In this document: piece after piece, positions 10,966-21,227 of the stretch
How the letters are laid out: the number at the start of each line of letters is the position of its first letter
How positions within the stretch are numbered: the stretch's first letter is position 1
Origin: TPA_inf: Saccharomyces
Lineage: Eukaryota
Length of the DNA: 64,000 nucleotides
NCBI GenBank assembly: GCA_000146045.2
Contig: BK006941.2
Span: 384,001-448,000 of the forward strand
Direction: 5' to 3'
Made by a program: the position numbers and the translations under genes
Notes under the pieces: generated by a model
What the model was told of the DNA's origin: nothing
Database searches by the model: none
Seen by the model: the letters and a program-made list of their open reading frames with translations, nothing else

Positions 10966-11829
10966 TTATTCTGATATTACAGTACTCTTCTGTGCGGGCA
11001 GCTCCTTCGTTTTTTGTTTTGCACTTTCATCCAACCACACATATATGGAAACAAAAACGACGAATGAAATTATAGCTTTGCTGAATGGATCTATGCTCTT
11101 CCAAGTAAACCTTTTATCATCAAGATGAAACACCTTGACCACGTTTTGCACATCAGCAGGTAGTATATTTGCGTTTTTGTTATTTTGTAGGAGAAACCAA
11201 TTATATTCGATGAATGGAAGTTTCAAGAATTGGGACCTAACTGACGGAGAAGAGTTTGTCAGGACAAATTGAGTTCGAGGTCCAAGAAAGCCAAATGACT
11301 TGTAGTACCACAACTGAATGAAATCTTGCTTTAGATCATTCCAGTTTCCTCGCATTTTCTCATTTATGGCAAAATCCAATAAATCTAAGTCATTACCACT
11401 TAACTTAGGAAAATTCTGAAGTAATATATTCGTATCTATCAACTGATTGTTATGTGTCGAAGACGGATTGAAGAATTTGTTCATAATGACACCAAGCTCG
11501 CCGTTGTTTAGACGCTCAGTTAATAAATGATCGCGTTTCAAACCACTTGTTTCGTCTTCATCTAGATCTGGTGCACTTGGCTGCAAGACGCTAAATATCT
11601 CGGACATGGTCTGTGAGAAGGAAATGGGGTTTTCTGTAGATGTAGTACTGCCATTTTGAGCTAACCGTATTTTCTGCTTCAAAAGCAGTGAAGCCGGTGG
11701 AATTCTTTCTAATTTTGGTTGATAAAATCTCTTTACCAAAAGATTTCCTGCGACTGCTTTAATCATGGGACCGATTCTGAAGGCTCTATGCGATTTTAAT
11801 CTGAAGATTTTAACATTTGACAGTACCAT
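10966..11829 (-). CDS. GEP7: Mitochondrial protein, genetic interactor of prohibitins, 287 aa
   Basis: 287-aa ORF in the YGL057C position, called from length and synteny. No strong domain is recognised. Confidence 0.7.
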   Translation of the reverse strand: MVLSNVKIFRLKSHRAFRIGPMIKAVAGNLLVKRFYQPKLERIPPASLLLKQKIRLAQNGSTTSTENPISFSQTMSEIFSVLQPSAPDLDEDETSGLKRDHLLTERLNNGELGVIMNKFFNPSSTHNNQLIDTNILLQNFPKLSGNDLDLLDFAINEKMRGNWNDLKQDFIQLWYYKSFGFLGPRTQFVLTNSSPSVRSQFLKLPFIEYNWFLLQNNKNANILPADVQNVVKVFHLDDKRFTWKSIDPFSKAIISFVVFVSIYVWLDESAKQKTKELPAQKSTVISE

Positions 11830-12034
11830 CTCAATCGGACCTTTTAACTGATTTTAGCGAGAACATGTGTATATATTTCCTCTAAGAAAAGAAAGGGCCT
11901 AAAAACCTCGCCCCAGTGCATAATAAAAGTAAAAAAAAAAAAATCAAACTTTATTGGGATAAAATAAAAATCAGAAAAACCCTTATATATGTATATGTAG
12001 TTAAATGAAGCCAGTTTTTTTCGTCTGGTTTGTT

Positions 12035-13618
12035 TCAGCCTATATGCCCTCTTTGCTTTCTTGCCATCTGCGGATCAATTTCCTTATGATGCGTTTGTTT
12101 TCTTGCCAAAACACTTAATATGTCAGTCAATGACACAACACCTATCAATTTACCTGTTCTATACTCCTTTTCGAAATGTGCTGGAGTTGGAGATGCGGGA
12201 CAATTACTTGGACTTTGAGGTGGTGGCATTGTGGCCGATGGAGACTGTGGTTGAGAAGGTGAGGGACCACTCAAATTTATATTTACATTTATTTTATTGT
12301 TTGATGTATCTGAAGATTTTAGAACAGGAGAGTTGGCCATCCTGGAAGATTGCGTGTTCGAATGGTATGACGACGCAAGCGATGGCAATGTCGTTACGGG
12401 TGGAGTACTTGGTGATGGAGATGAGGATTTTTCGGAAGATGCTGTTGGTTGATTGTCATTTGGTTGTACTATCCATAATCTGTGAGATTTGGTAGCGACC
12501 AATTTGGCAAACGTTCTTGCCAGGGAACTTGTTGGATACACATGGAAAATAGGAAATGAGTCCTTACCGGTCTCTAGGCCCCTTAAATTCAAAATAACCG
12601 AGACAAAATGACGACATGTATTGTGTAATAAAGGATATTGTGAAGTTCTGGTGACGTGTTTGACGTCTGTTACTGAAATATTACCAATCAAGTTTCCCTG
12701 CGGGTCAACTACCGCAATGGAAGAGATTCTTTCGACATACATTTTATGCAGAGCCATAATTAGATGCTCGTCACCTTGGATGGATATGACACGTGACTGC
12801 TTGAATGTAGGTTTATCACGGGCTGCATTTAGTACACCAATATTCAGCTCCTCCAGGGAAGAGTCCAAGAGAGGCTTCAAGTTGGGAAATGATCTCGCAT
12901 TCTCCCACAGATACTTAATCAATCGACGTTGGGAAAGTATACCTTTAATCTGTGTCATTTCCACGTTCGTGATGGCAACACGATGCACACCTGAGCCTAG
13001 TATGCCTATTACCGTCGATAAGTTTTCCGTTTCGGGCAATTTGTAGAATGGATTCTTAGGTGTCAACTTTACTATCTCGCCCACGGGCACGGACTTACCA
13101 TTCTGGCAGTCTGAGGTTATCTTGTCGTTGCTCACCTTGATCCTGTTTAATACAAGAAGAAGGTACGCATTGAGATCATTATAGTCGAATGTTAAACAAT
13201 TCATGTCTCCCGGAAAATTCTCCACAGGCAAAGACGTTAGCTGGTGCTTGACCAGCGTGTTGAATGCTTCCTCTACGGAAATAGAACCTCTGATGAAAAT
13301 CAATTTGTTCTGTTCCACCAAATTTGACAGAGGAGTGTGTTGCCACTCCTGCCTATGAACAGATAACAGATTCTGTGAATTCAAGGTGGACAAGGAGTTG
13401 CCATTATTGTTTGAGTATTCCGTGTTATCCAGCGTGGAGAGAGAAGATGAAGATGACGATTTCGAAATAGATTTATGTAGTGATTCTGTGTCGCTTTTGT
13501 TTGCTTCAGTGTTCTTGTCTGTCTGTTCGCTCAAACTATTTAAATCTGTGGAATTCGGTAATTGAGGTGGGGTAGAAAGCATTTCTACGATGGACGTGTG
13601 TCTTGTATTTTGAGGCAT
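12035..13618 (-). CDS. SDS23: CBS-domain protein Sds23, 527 aa
   Basis: Start at the internal ATG (MPQNTRHTSIVEML...) gives 527 aa. The track ORF is 23 codons longer. There is a Ser/Pro-rich C-terminal region. Position is YGL056C. Confidence 0.8.
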   Translation of the reverse strand: MPQNTRHTSIVEMLSTPPQLPNSTDLNSLSEQTDKNTEANKSDTESLHKSISKSSSSSSLSTLDNTEYSNNNGNSLSTLNSQNLLSVHRQEWQHTPLSNLVEQNKLIFIRGSISVEEAFNTLVKHQLTSLPVENFPGDMNCLTFDYNDLNAYLLLVLNRIKVSNDKITSDCQNGKSVPVGEIVKLTPKNPFYKLPETENLSTVIGILGSGVHRVAITNVEMTQIKGILSQRRLIKYLWENARSFPNLKPLLDSSLEELNIGVLNAARDKPTFKQSRVISIQGDEHLIMALHKMYVERISSIAVVDPQGNLIGNISVTDVKHVTRTSQYPLLHNTCRHFVSVILNLRGLETGKDSFPIFHVYPTSSLARTFAKLVATKSHRLWIVQPNDNQPTASSEKSSSPSPSTPPVTTLPSLASSYHSNTQSSRMANSPVLKSSDTSNNKINVNINLSGPSPSQPQSPSATMPPPQSPSNCPASPTPAHFEKEYRTGKLIGVVSLTDILSVLARKQTHHKEIDPQMARKQRGHIG

Positions 13619-13822
13619 TGGGTGGGTCTTGCTGAAAAGATGATGTTCTGAGGTATTCGTATCGCTAGCTTGATACGCTTTTAACAAAAGTAAGCTTTTC
13701 GTTTGCAGGTTTGGTTACTTTTCTGTACGAGATGATATCGCTAAGTTTATAGTCATCTGTGAAATTTCTCAAAAACCTCATGGTTTCTCCATCACCCATT
13801 TTTCATTTCATTTGCCGGGCGG

Positions 13823-13854
13823 AAAAAAAAAAGGAAAAAAAAAAAAAAAAAAAA
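13823..13854 (+). repeat. poly(dA) tract (A10 GG A22) in the SDS23 upstream region
   Basis: The homopolymer is visible directly. It is a likely nucleosome-excluding element. Confidence 0.9.
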
Positions 13855-14283
13855 TAAATGACACATGGAAATAAGTCAAGGATTAGCGGATATGTAGTTC
13901 CAGTCCGGGTTATACCATCACGTGATAATAAATCCAAATGAGAATGAGGGTGTCATATCTAATCATTATGCACGTCAAGATTCTCCGTGACTATGGCTCT
14001 TTTCTGAAGCATTTTTCGGGCGCCCGGTGGCCAAAAACTAACTCCGAGCCCGGGCATGTCCCGGGGTTAGCGGGCCCAACAAAGGCGCTTATCTGGTGGG
14101 CTTCCGTAGAAGAAAAAAAGCTGTTGAGCGAGCTATTTCGGGTATCCCAGCCTTCTCTGCAGACCGCCCCAGTTGGCTTGGCTCTGGTGCTGTTCGTTAG
14201 CATCACATCGCCTGTGACAGGCAGAGGTAATAACGGCTTAAGGTTCTCTTCGCATAGTCGGCAGCTTTCTTTCGGACGTTGAA

Positions 14284-14292
14284 CACTCAACA
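14284..14292 (+). promoter_or_regulatory. Low-oxygen response element (LORE, ACTCAACAA) in the OLE1 promoter
   Basis: Exact match to the published LORE nonamer, about 340 bp upstream of the OLE1 ATG, within a GC-rich promoter block. Confidence 0.55.
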
Positions 14293-14627
14293 AACCTTAT
14301 CTAGTGCCCAACCAGGTGTGCTTCTACGAGTCTTGCTCACTCAGACACACCTATCCCTATTGTTACGGCTATGGGGATGGCACACAAAGGTGGAAATAAT
14401 AGTAGTTAACAATATATGCAGCAAATCATCGGCTCCTGGCTCATCGAGTCTTGCAAATCAGCATATACATATATATATGGGGGCAGATCTTGATTCATTT
14501 ATTGTTCTATTTCCATCTTTCCTACTTCTGTTTCCGTTTATATTTTGTATTACGTAGAATAGAACATCATAGTAATAGATAGTTGTGGTGATCATATTAT
14601 AAACAGCACTAAAACATTACAACAAAG

Positions 14628-16160
14628 ATGCCAACTTCTGGAACTACTATTGAATTGATTGACGACCAATTTCCAAAGGATGACTCTGCCAGCAGTGGCA
14701 TTGTCGACGAAGTCGACTTAACGGAAGCTAATATTTTGGCTACTGGTTTGAATAAGAAAGCACCAAGAATTGTCAACGGTTTTGGTTCTTTAATGGGCTC
14801 CAAGGAAATGGTTTCCGTGGAATTCGACAAGAAGGGAAACGAAAAGAAGTCCAATTTGGATCGTCTGCTAGAAAAGGACAACCAAGAAAAAGAAGAAGCT
14901 AAAACTAAAATTCACATCTCCGAACAACCATGGACTTTGAATAACTGGCACCAACATTTGAACTGGTTGAACATGGTTCTTGTTTGTGGTATGCCAATGA
15001 TTGGTTGGTACTTTGCTCTCTCTGGTAAAGTGCCTTTGCATTTAAACGTTTTCCTTTTCTCCGTTTTCTACTACGCTGTCGGTGGTGTTTCTATTACTGC
15101 CGGTTACCATAGATTATGGTCTCACAGATCTTACTCCGCTCACTGGCCATTGAGATTATTCTACGCTATCTTCGGTTGTGCTTCCGTTGAAGGGTCCGCT
15201 AAATGGTGGGGCCACTCTCACAGAATTCACCATCGTTACACTGATACCTTGAGAGATCCTTATGACGCTCGTAGAGGTCTATGGTACTCCCACATGGGAT
15301 GGATGCTTTTGAAGCCAAATCCAAAATACAAGGCTAGAGCTGATATTACCGATATGACTGATGATTGGACCATTAGATTCCAACACAGACACTACATCTT
15401 GTTGATGTTGTTAACCGCTTTCGTCATTCCAACTCTTATCTGTGGTTACTTTTTCAACGACTATATGGGTGGTTTGATCTATGCCGGTTTTATTCGTGTC
15501 TTTGTCATTCAACAAGCTACCTTTTGCATTAACTCCTTGGCTCATTACATCGGTACCCAACCATTCGATGACAGAAGAACCCCTCGTGACAACTGGATTA
15601 CTGCCATTGTTACTTTCGGTGAAGGTTACCATAACTTCCACCACGAATTCCCAACTGATTACAGAAACGCTATTAAGTGGTACCAATACGACCCAACTAA
15701 GGTTATCATCTATTTGACTTCTTTAGTTGGTCTAGCATACGACTTGAAGAAATTCTCTCAAAATGCTATTGAAGAAGCCTTGATTCAACAAGAACAAAAG
15801 AAGATCAATAAAAAGAAGGCTAAGATTAACTGGGGTCCAGTTTTGACTGATTTGCCAATGTGGGACAAACAAACCTTCTTGGCTAAGTCTAAGGAAAACA
15901 AGGGTTTGGTTATCATTTCTGGTATTGTTCACGACGTATCTGGTTATATCTCTGAACATCCAGGTGGTGAAACTTTAATTAAAACTGCATTAGGTAAGGA
16001 CGCTACCAAGGCTTTCAGTGGTGGTGTCTACCGTCACTCAAATGCCGCTCAAAATGTCTTGGCTGATATGAGAGTGGCTGTTATCAAGGAAAGTAAGAAC
16101 TCTGCTATTAGAATGGCTAGTAAGAGAGGTGAAATCTACGAAACTGGTAAGTTCTTTTAA
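14628..16160 (+). CDS. OLE1: Delta-9 fatty acid desaturase with C-terminal cytochrome b5 domain, 510 aa
   Basis: His-box motifs (HRLWSH, HRIHHRY, HNFHHEF) and a C-terminal HPGG cytochrome b5 motif, in a 510-aa ORF. Confidence 0.97.
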   Translation: MPTSGTTIELIDDQFPKDDSASSGIVDEVDLTEANILATGLNKKAPRIVNGFGSLMGSKEMVSVEFDKKGNEKKSNLDRLLEKDNQEKEEAKTKIHISEQPWTLNNWHQHLNWLNMVLVCGMPMIGWYFALSGKVPLHLNVFLFSVFYYAVGGVSITAGYHRLWSHRSYSAHWPLRLFYAIFGCASVEGSAKWWGHSHRIHHRYTDTLRDPYDARRGLWYSHMGWMLLKPNPKYKARADITDMTDDWTIRFQHRHYILLMLLTAFVIPTLICGYFFNDYMGGLIYAGFIRVFVIQQATFCINSLAHYIGTQPFDDRRTPRDNWITAIVTFGEGYHNFHHEFPTDYRNAIKWYQYDPTKVIIYLTSLVGLAYDLKKFSQNAIEEALIQQEQKKINKKKAKINWGPVLTDLPMWDKQTFLAKSKENKGLVIISGIVHDVSGYISEHPGGETLIKTALGKDATKAFSGGVYRHSNAAQNVLADMRVAVIKESKNSAIRMASKRGEIYETGKFF

Positions 16161-16870
16161 GTATCACATTACAATAACAAAACTGCAACTACCATAAAAA
16201 AAAATTGAAAAATCATAAATTAAAAAAAAAAAAATCAATTGAATTTTTTTTTTTCATGATTACGTTTTGACATTTTTCCTTTTTTTTTCTCTTATTACGA
16301 TTTACCTTTTTTATTTATTTTTTTCATTTTAGTATTTTATTCTTCGTTATTTATGTATAGAAATTTTCATTTTCATTTAGATTCAGATTTGGTTATCTTT
16401 TTTCATTATATATCTTTTGCACTAAGTTTCAACTTAAGTTCTATTTTTTATTTTTTTTTTCTGGGCCCTGGAGCAATAGATATGGGATGGCTTACTGCAT
16501 CTCTTCAAAATTTCACAGTCATGCTCACCCTTAAGTTCTCAACCTTTTAGTTTTTTTTTTTTTTTTTTTTTATTTTGTATGGCATACTAACTATACAAAT
16601 ATTTATATGTACATTTATACAGTAACCTATTATTTACCGATATTCACCGGTATTTTACTTTAATAGATGCTGGTAATAACGAAAAAAATTGATAACTCCC
16701 ACCGACAATTGAGAAAAAAAGCAAAAAAGGAAAAAAGGGAAGCACGAATTAATACATTCTGTGTATTTATCTTTTTTATCTTCAGTTTTCCTCCAATCTA
16801 TGGGCGGCCATTAAGTATGTCTATTATTCTTGGCCCTTCAGTCTTCTTTGGATTTCAATGTCTTGTTGGA

Positions 16871-17287
16871 TTAGAAGTCATCACCACTTTCAGCAATCAA
16901 AGCCATGATCATTCTGTACAAGTAGAAGAAGAACATCAATAAGTGGAAACCTAACTTTAGGAAACTCTCCCTTTTATGTTTGCCTAAAGTTCTGAATATT
17001 TCGGTAGCATCCAAAAGTTGAACTTTATTGTAGATCTTGTTTAGATTGTAAGCTAGAACTGGTAAGTTCAATAAAAATACAAACCAGTAACCGTTCAGTA
17101 AGAATAGTAATGACAAAGCACCATGCAAGGCGGCTTCAGGGGTAATTAACTTGTTAACTTTAGAACATAATTCAATTGGATTGATATAGTCAGCTTCTAA
17201 ATCAGCGTATAGTATTGTGAAATGCACTTGGCCAAACAAATTGATACAGTTGACAACAACAGCAAGGATAAATAACCAAGCACCCAT
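16871..17287 (-). CDS. ERV14: Cornichon-family COPII cargo receptor, 138 aa
   Basis: Translation [23 protein letters not shown]... is a three-TM cornichon protein in the YGL054C position. Confidence 0.9.
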
Positions 17288-17526
17288 TTTTCTTTTTATT
17301 CTTAATTTTTTTACTTTACTTTAATTGCAGTTCAAAGGTAAATGTCTTTGTTAAGTAGGCAGTGAGACATAATAATATGAGAAAAATCCAGGTCTCTCCT
17401 TCGTATTAAGGAATACATGATCTAGCTATCACTCTTAAATCTTTCTCCTTCCTTGTTTTTTCTCCGAAATGAAGAAAAAAAATTTTCTTCACGGAACTAA
17501 CGTGAAAAAAAACTTTCAAAAAAATA

Positions 17527-17598
17527 CTCCGATACGGGGAGTCGAACCCCGGTCTCCACGGTGAAAGCGTGATGTGATAGCCGTTACACTATATCGGA
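17527..17598 (-). tRNA. tE(UUC): tRNA-Glu (anticodon UUC)
   Basis: The reverse complement reads TCCGATATAGTGTAACGGCTATCACATCACGCTTTCACCGTGGAGACCGGGGTTCGACTCCCCGTATCGGAG, the canonical yeast tRNA-Glu3 cloverleaf. A T-run terminator follows on the minus strand. Confidence 0.95.
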
Positions 17599-17615
17599 AA
17601 CAAATTAACTGAAAA

Positions 17616-17891
17616 TGTTGTATCTCAAAATGAGATATGTCAGTATGACAATACGTCATCCTAAACGTTCATACAACACATATGAAACAACCTTATATCA
17701 AAACGAACAACATGAGATAAAACCCGGCCTTCCCTAGCTGAACTACCCAAAAGTATAAATGCCTGAACAATTAGTTTAGATCCGAGATTCCGCGCTTCCA
17801 CCACTTAGTATGATTCATATTTTATATAATATATAAGATAAGTAACATTCCGTGAATTAATCTGATAAACTGTTTTGACAACTGGTTACTT
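17616..17891 (+). mobile_element. Ty3 sigma LTR, 3'-truncated, beginning 17 bp upstream of the tRNA-Glu 5' end
   Basis: It starts TGTTGTATCTCAAAATGAGATATGTCAGTATGACAATACGTCATCC...GGCCTTCCCTAGCTGAACTACCCAAAAGTATAAATGCC...CAACTGGTTACTT, matching the sigma consensus. The 16-19 bp spacing to the tRNA is typical of Ty3 integration. Confidence 0.85.
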
Positions 17892-17958
17892 ACCATATAT
17901 ATTATTGAGAAATGGGTGGATTTTGAGATAAATGTGAGAAATGGGTGAATGTTGAGAT
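17892..17958 (+). repeat. Short delta-terminus-like fragments between the sigma and the delta
   Basis: The motif gagaaatgggtg is repeated twice. Its reverse complement resembles a delta 3' end (ATCAAAATCCACATTCTCTTCA-like). Confidence 0.35.
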
Positions 17959-18290
17959 TGTTGGAATAAAAATCCACTATCGTCTATCAACTAATAGTTA
18001 TATTATCAATATATTATCATATACGGTGTTAAGATGATGACATAAGTTATGAGAAGCTGTCATCGATGTTAGAGGAAGCTGAAGTGCAAGGATTGATAAT
18101 GTAATAGGATAATGAAACATATAAAACGGAATGAGGAATAATCGTGATATTAGTATGTAGAAATATAGATTCCATTTTGAGGATTCCTATATCCTCGAGG
18201 AGAACTTCTAGTATATTAGGTATACCTAATATTATAGCCTTTATCAACAATGGAATCCCAACAATTATCTCAAAATTCCCCCAATTCTCA
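17959..18290 (+). mobile_element. Solo delta LTR (Ty1/Ty2), full length, about 332 bp
   Basis: It runs from TGTTGGAATAAAAATCCACTATCGTC to ...CTCAAAATTCCCCCAATTCTCA. Internal landmarks GGAAGCTGAAGTGCAAGGATTGATAATGTAATAGGAT and TTCCTATATCCTCGAGGAGAACTTCTAGTAT match the delta consensus. Confidence 0.9.
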
Positions 18291-18588
18291 ACATCCGACT
18301 GCCATGCAATGTGCTTTTCTGGATCTCACTCATGATCATAATGGCCCTGTAAAAGGCTCGTACTGTTATTATCATATCTTCAATTACGTATTATTTCGGA
18401 GGCTGTACCTATTAGTGAAATAACGCCTCTAAAAATGAAAAGAAGAAAAAGAATATGAAAGGGGTTCTGAATTGCTAAAATATTTCGTCAAAGCTCAATT
18501 AGTATCAAGATCAAGTCGTAATTCGAATCAGCATAACAACCTCCAAAACCATATAATAACCTTACACAAGACAAGATATCAATTCAAC

Positions 18589-19302
18589 ATGCAAACCCCT
18601 TCAGAAAATACCAACGCCAAGTCGGATTCTCTCGACGAACCCGGTGCATATTTAATCGAGGAAAATGTGGCTCTTCCTAAGGACATATTCCATTCGTACT
18701 TGAGTTATTGGATATATGAAGCAGCTCACTGTACACCGGTCATGCTTTTGTCTCTAGTAATTGGGGTTTTAATCTCAATAATTATTCTTTTTCATGATAA
18801 CGAAAATTGCGTTGGGGTTTCTGTAGGGTTTCTCCTCATATTCTCTGGCATTTTAGTGATAGTTCTAATACTCAGGTTTGGACCACAGATCAGTGATGAA
18901 GATTTCAAATGTAAGCTACTGATGGAAATTATCACACGGAAACCTACGGTAAAGGGGAAAGAATGGAGGACAATTACATACAAGATGAACCAGTATTTAT
19001 TTGATAACGATTTATGGAACACTCCCTACTACTTTTACCGTGATGAAGATTGCCACCGTTATTTTCTAAGTCTTATTAAGGGAAGAACTTTCAAGAAGCA
19101 AAAGGAATCGTCAGCCAGCAATGTTAAAGACGCACAATCAAATGACGAAACCGCTGGCACACCAAACGAAGCCGCTGAGTCTTCTAGTTTTAGTGCCGGA
19201 CCGAACTTTATAAAGCTCCTCACCAAGGCAGCCGAAATCGAACAACAATTTCAAAAGGAATATTGGCGACAAGAGTATCCTGGTGTCGATGAGTTTTTTT
19301 AG
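18589..19302 (+). CDS. PRM8: DUP240-family membrane protein, pheromone-regulated, 237 aa
   Basis: Starts MQTPSENTNAKSDSLDEPGAYLIEENVALPKDIF with two predicted TM helices and a C-terminal KKXX-like region. It is a paralog of the adjacent MST27, in the YGL053W position. The track ORF begins 39 codons upstream. Confidence 0.85.
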   Translation: MQTPSENTNAKSDSLDEPGAYLIEENVALPKDIFHSYLSYWIYEAAHCTPVMLLSLVIGVLISIIILFHDNENCVGVSVGFLLIFSGILVIVLILRFGPQISDEDFKCKLLMEIITRKPTVKGKEWRTITYKMNQYLFDNDLWNTPYYFYRDEDCHRYFLSLIKGRTFKKQKESSASNVKDAQSNDETAGTPNEAAESSSFSAGPNFIKLLTKAAEIEQQFQKEYWRQEYPGVDEFF

Positions 19303-19686
19303 ACAGAAGACGGGAGACACTAGCACACAACTTGACAAAGGATCTACTTCTCGATTGACGACACTAGTAGGTGTCAAATTTAGTGTCATTTATGATTTTT
19401 TGTAATAGGATATAAATATATACGGCGCTCCAAATAATGCAGTTGCCCCAAAAACACCACGGAACCTCATCTGTTCTCGTACTTTGTTGTGACAAAGTAG
19501 CTCACTGCCTTATTACCACATTTTCATTATACATCACTTCGCAAAATGCAATATTGAAAATGCCTCTAGAGATGAAAAACAATCGTGAAAAGGGTCCTGC
19601 GTTATTAAAACATTTGATCAGTATGCAATGGCACAGAGACAATCAGGAATACTATAGTCATAGACGATACAAGGTATATATTGGTC

Positions 19687-20391
19687 ATGCAGACCCCTCT
19701 AGAAAGTACCGACGTCAAGTTAGATACACTCAACGAACCTAGTGCACATTTAATTGAGAAAAATGTGGCTCTTCCTAAGGACATATTCCGTTCGTACTTG
19801 AGTTATTGGATCTATGAAATCGCTCGCTATACACCAGTCATGATTTTGTCCCTGGTAATAGGGGTTTTGGTTTTATTAATTATATTTTTTAATGACAACG
19901 AAGCTTGTGTTTTCAATTCTGCATACTACGCTTATCTTTCTCTTGTAGTATTGTTAATAATATTAGGTGATGGTAATCCAAAGCTAGTCAGTCGTCGAAA
20001 TTTTAGGACCGAGCTTTTAGTGGATGTCATCACACGTAAACCGGCAGTAGAAGGGAAAGAATGGAGGATCATCACATACAACATGAACCAATATTTGTTT
20101 AATCATGGGCAATGGCATACTCCGTATTACTTTTACAGCGATGAGGATTGCTACCGTTATTTTCTACGCCTTGTTGAGGGAGTAACCCCCAAGAAGCAAA
20201 CAGCCACGTCAATTGGCAATTCTCCGGTCACCGCTAAGCCTGAAGATGCCATCGAGTCAGCTTCTCCTAGTTCCAGACTGAATTATCGAAACTTTTTGCT
20301 CAAGGCAGCGGAGATCGAACGACAAGCTCAGGAAAATTACTGGCGAAGGCGGCATCCCAATATCGATGCGCTTCTTAAAAAGACGGAATAG
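19687..20391 (+). CDS. MST27: DUP240-family membrane protein binding COPI/COPII, 234 aa
   Basis: Starts MQTPLESTDVKLDTLNEPSAHLIEKNVALPKDIF and is a tandem paralog of PRM8, in the YGL051W position. Confidence 0.85.
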   Translation: MQTPLESTDVKLDTLNEPSAHLIEKNVALPKDIFRSYLSYWIYEIARYTPVMILSLVIGVLVLLIIFFNDNEACVFNSAYYAYLSLVVLLIILGDGNPKLVSRRNFRTELLVDVITRKPAVEGKEWRIITYNMNQYLFNHGQWHTPYYFYSDEDCYRYFLRLVEGVTPKKQTATSIGNSPVTAKPEDAIESASPSSRLNYRNFLLKAAEIERQAQENYWRRRHPNIDALLKKTE

Positions 20392-20529
20392 CTTAGAGAC
20401 ACTGCCATACGTAAAGCGAACATAAACTAGAGTATGATATATAATCAGCACTAACTGGCCCGAAAACGGCCGAAGAAGCCTCGAAAAGTCGATTCGTGTT
20501 GGACCCATTTGCTGAACGAAGTGTTCATT

Positions 20530-20800
20530 GCCTACCTATTATGGTAGTAGTCGTGATAATCGTGTGGTTGGTTTTGTCAACGGTGCATTTGCATTTTCAT
20601 GACAATAAGCCTTGCGTTTTCGTTCTCGGGATATTACTTTCCCCCCACTTCTTTCGCCTCGATAGCTCCTATAAGCATTCTCAGGGCGTATGTCGGTGAT
20701 CGAGATTTCCAAGCAAGCTTTTAGTGGAAATCATCGCGCGCAAGCCAGCGGTAAAGGGAAAAGAACGGAGGACGATTACATACAAGATGAACGAATAAAT
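20530..20800 (+). pseudogene. Decayed DUP240-family gene relic, a third tandem copy downstream of MST27
   Basis: Two blocks show clear nucleotide similarity to DUP240 genes. Block 20530-20650 is similar to the TM1-coding region (...HFHDNKPCVF versus FFNDNEACVF). Block 20716-20800 (caagcttttagtggaaatcatcgcgcgcaagccagcggtaaagggaaaagaacggaggacgattacatacaagatgaac) aligns to the MST27 segment ELLVDVITRKPAVEGKEWRIITYNMNQ. Frames are broken and a stop follows. Confidence 0.6.
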
Positions 20801-21003
20801 AAATTAATAATAAATAATAATAGAAAGTACAGTAGCATTAAATATTATTAAGTTTAATGATTAAAAATTGGTTAATTGTCAAGAAAATCTAAGGTATTAA
20901 TAAATAAATAATACTATGACAACTTGCAGCGAAACGATCAGCCCCAATGAAAATTAATCAGAATTGAATTTGAGCGTATCTATTTGATAACGGTTTACGT
21001 AAC

Positions 21004-21145
21004 TGTTGGAATAAAAATCAACTATCATCTACTAACTAGTGTTTACGTTACTAGTATATAATCATATACGGTGTTAGAAGATGACGGCAAATGATGAGAA
21101 ATAGTCATCGTTTTCAATGGAAGCTGAAATACAAGGATTGATAAT
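21004..21145 (+). mobile_element. Delta LTR fragment (5' ~140 bp)
   Basis: It reads TGTTGGAATAAAAATCAACTATCATCTACTAACTAGTGTTTACGTTACTAGTATATAATCATATACGGTGTTAGAAGATGACGGCAAATGATGAGAAATAGTCATC...GGAAGCTGAAATACAAGGATTGATAAT and matches the delta consensus. Confidence 0.8.
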
Positions 21146-21227
21146 TGTTGGAATAAAAATCAACTATCATCTACTAACTAGTATTTACGTTACTAATATA
21201 TTATCATCAAAATTCACCCACTCTTCA
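21146..21227 (+). mobile_element. Second delta LTR remnant with a large internal deletion (5' ~60 bp joined to the 3' terminus)
   Basis: It reads TGTTGGAATAAAAATCAACTATCATCTACTAACTAGTATTTACGTTACTAATATATTATCATCAAAATTCACCCACTCTTCA. Confidence 0.7.

Noticed and set aside
19437-19742. 101-aa ORF overlapping the MST27 5' end (corresponds to dubious YGL052W)
   Set aside because: It overlaps the well-supported MST27 start and promoter and is not conserved-looking. It is treated as non-coding.
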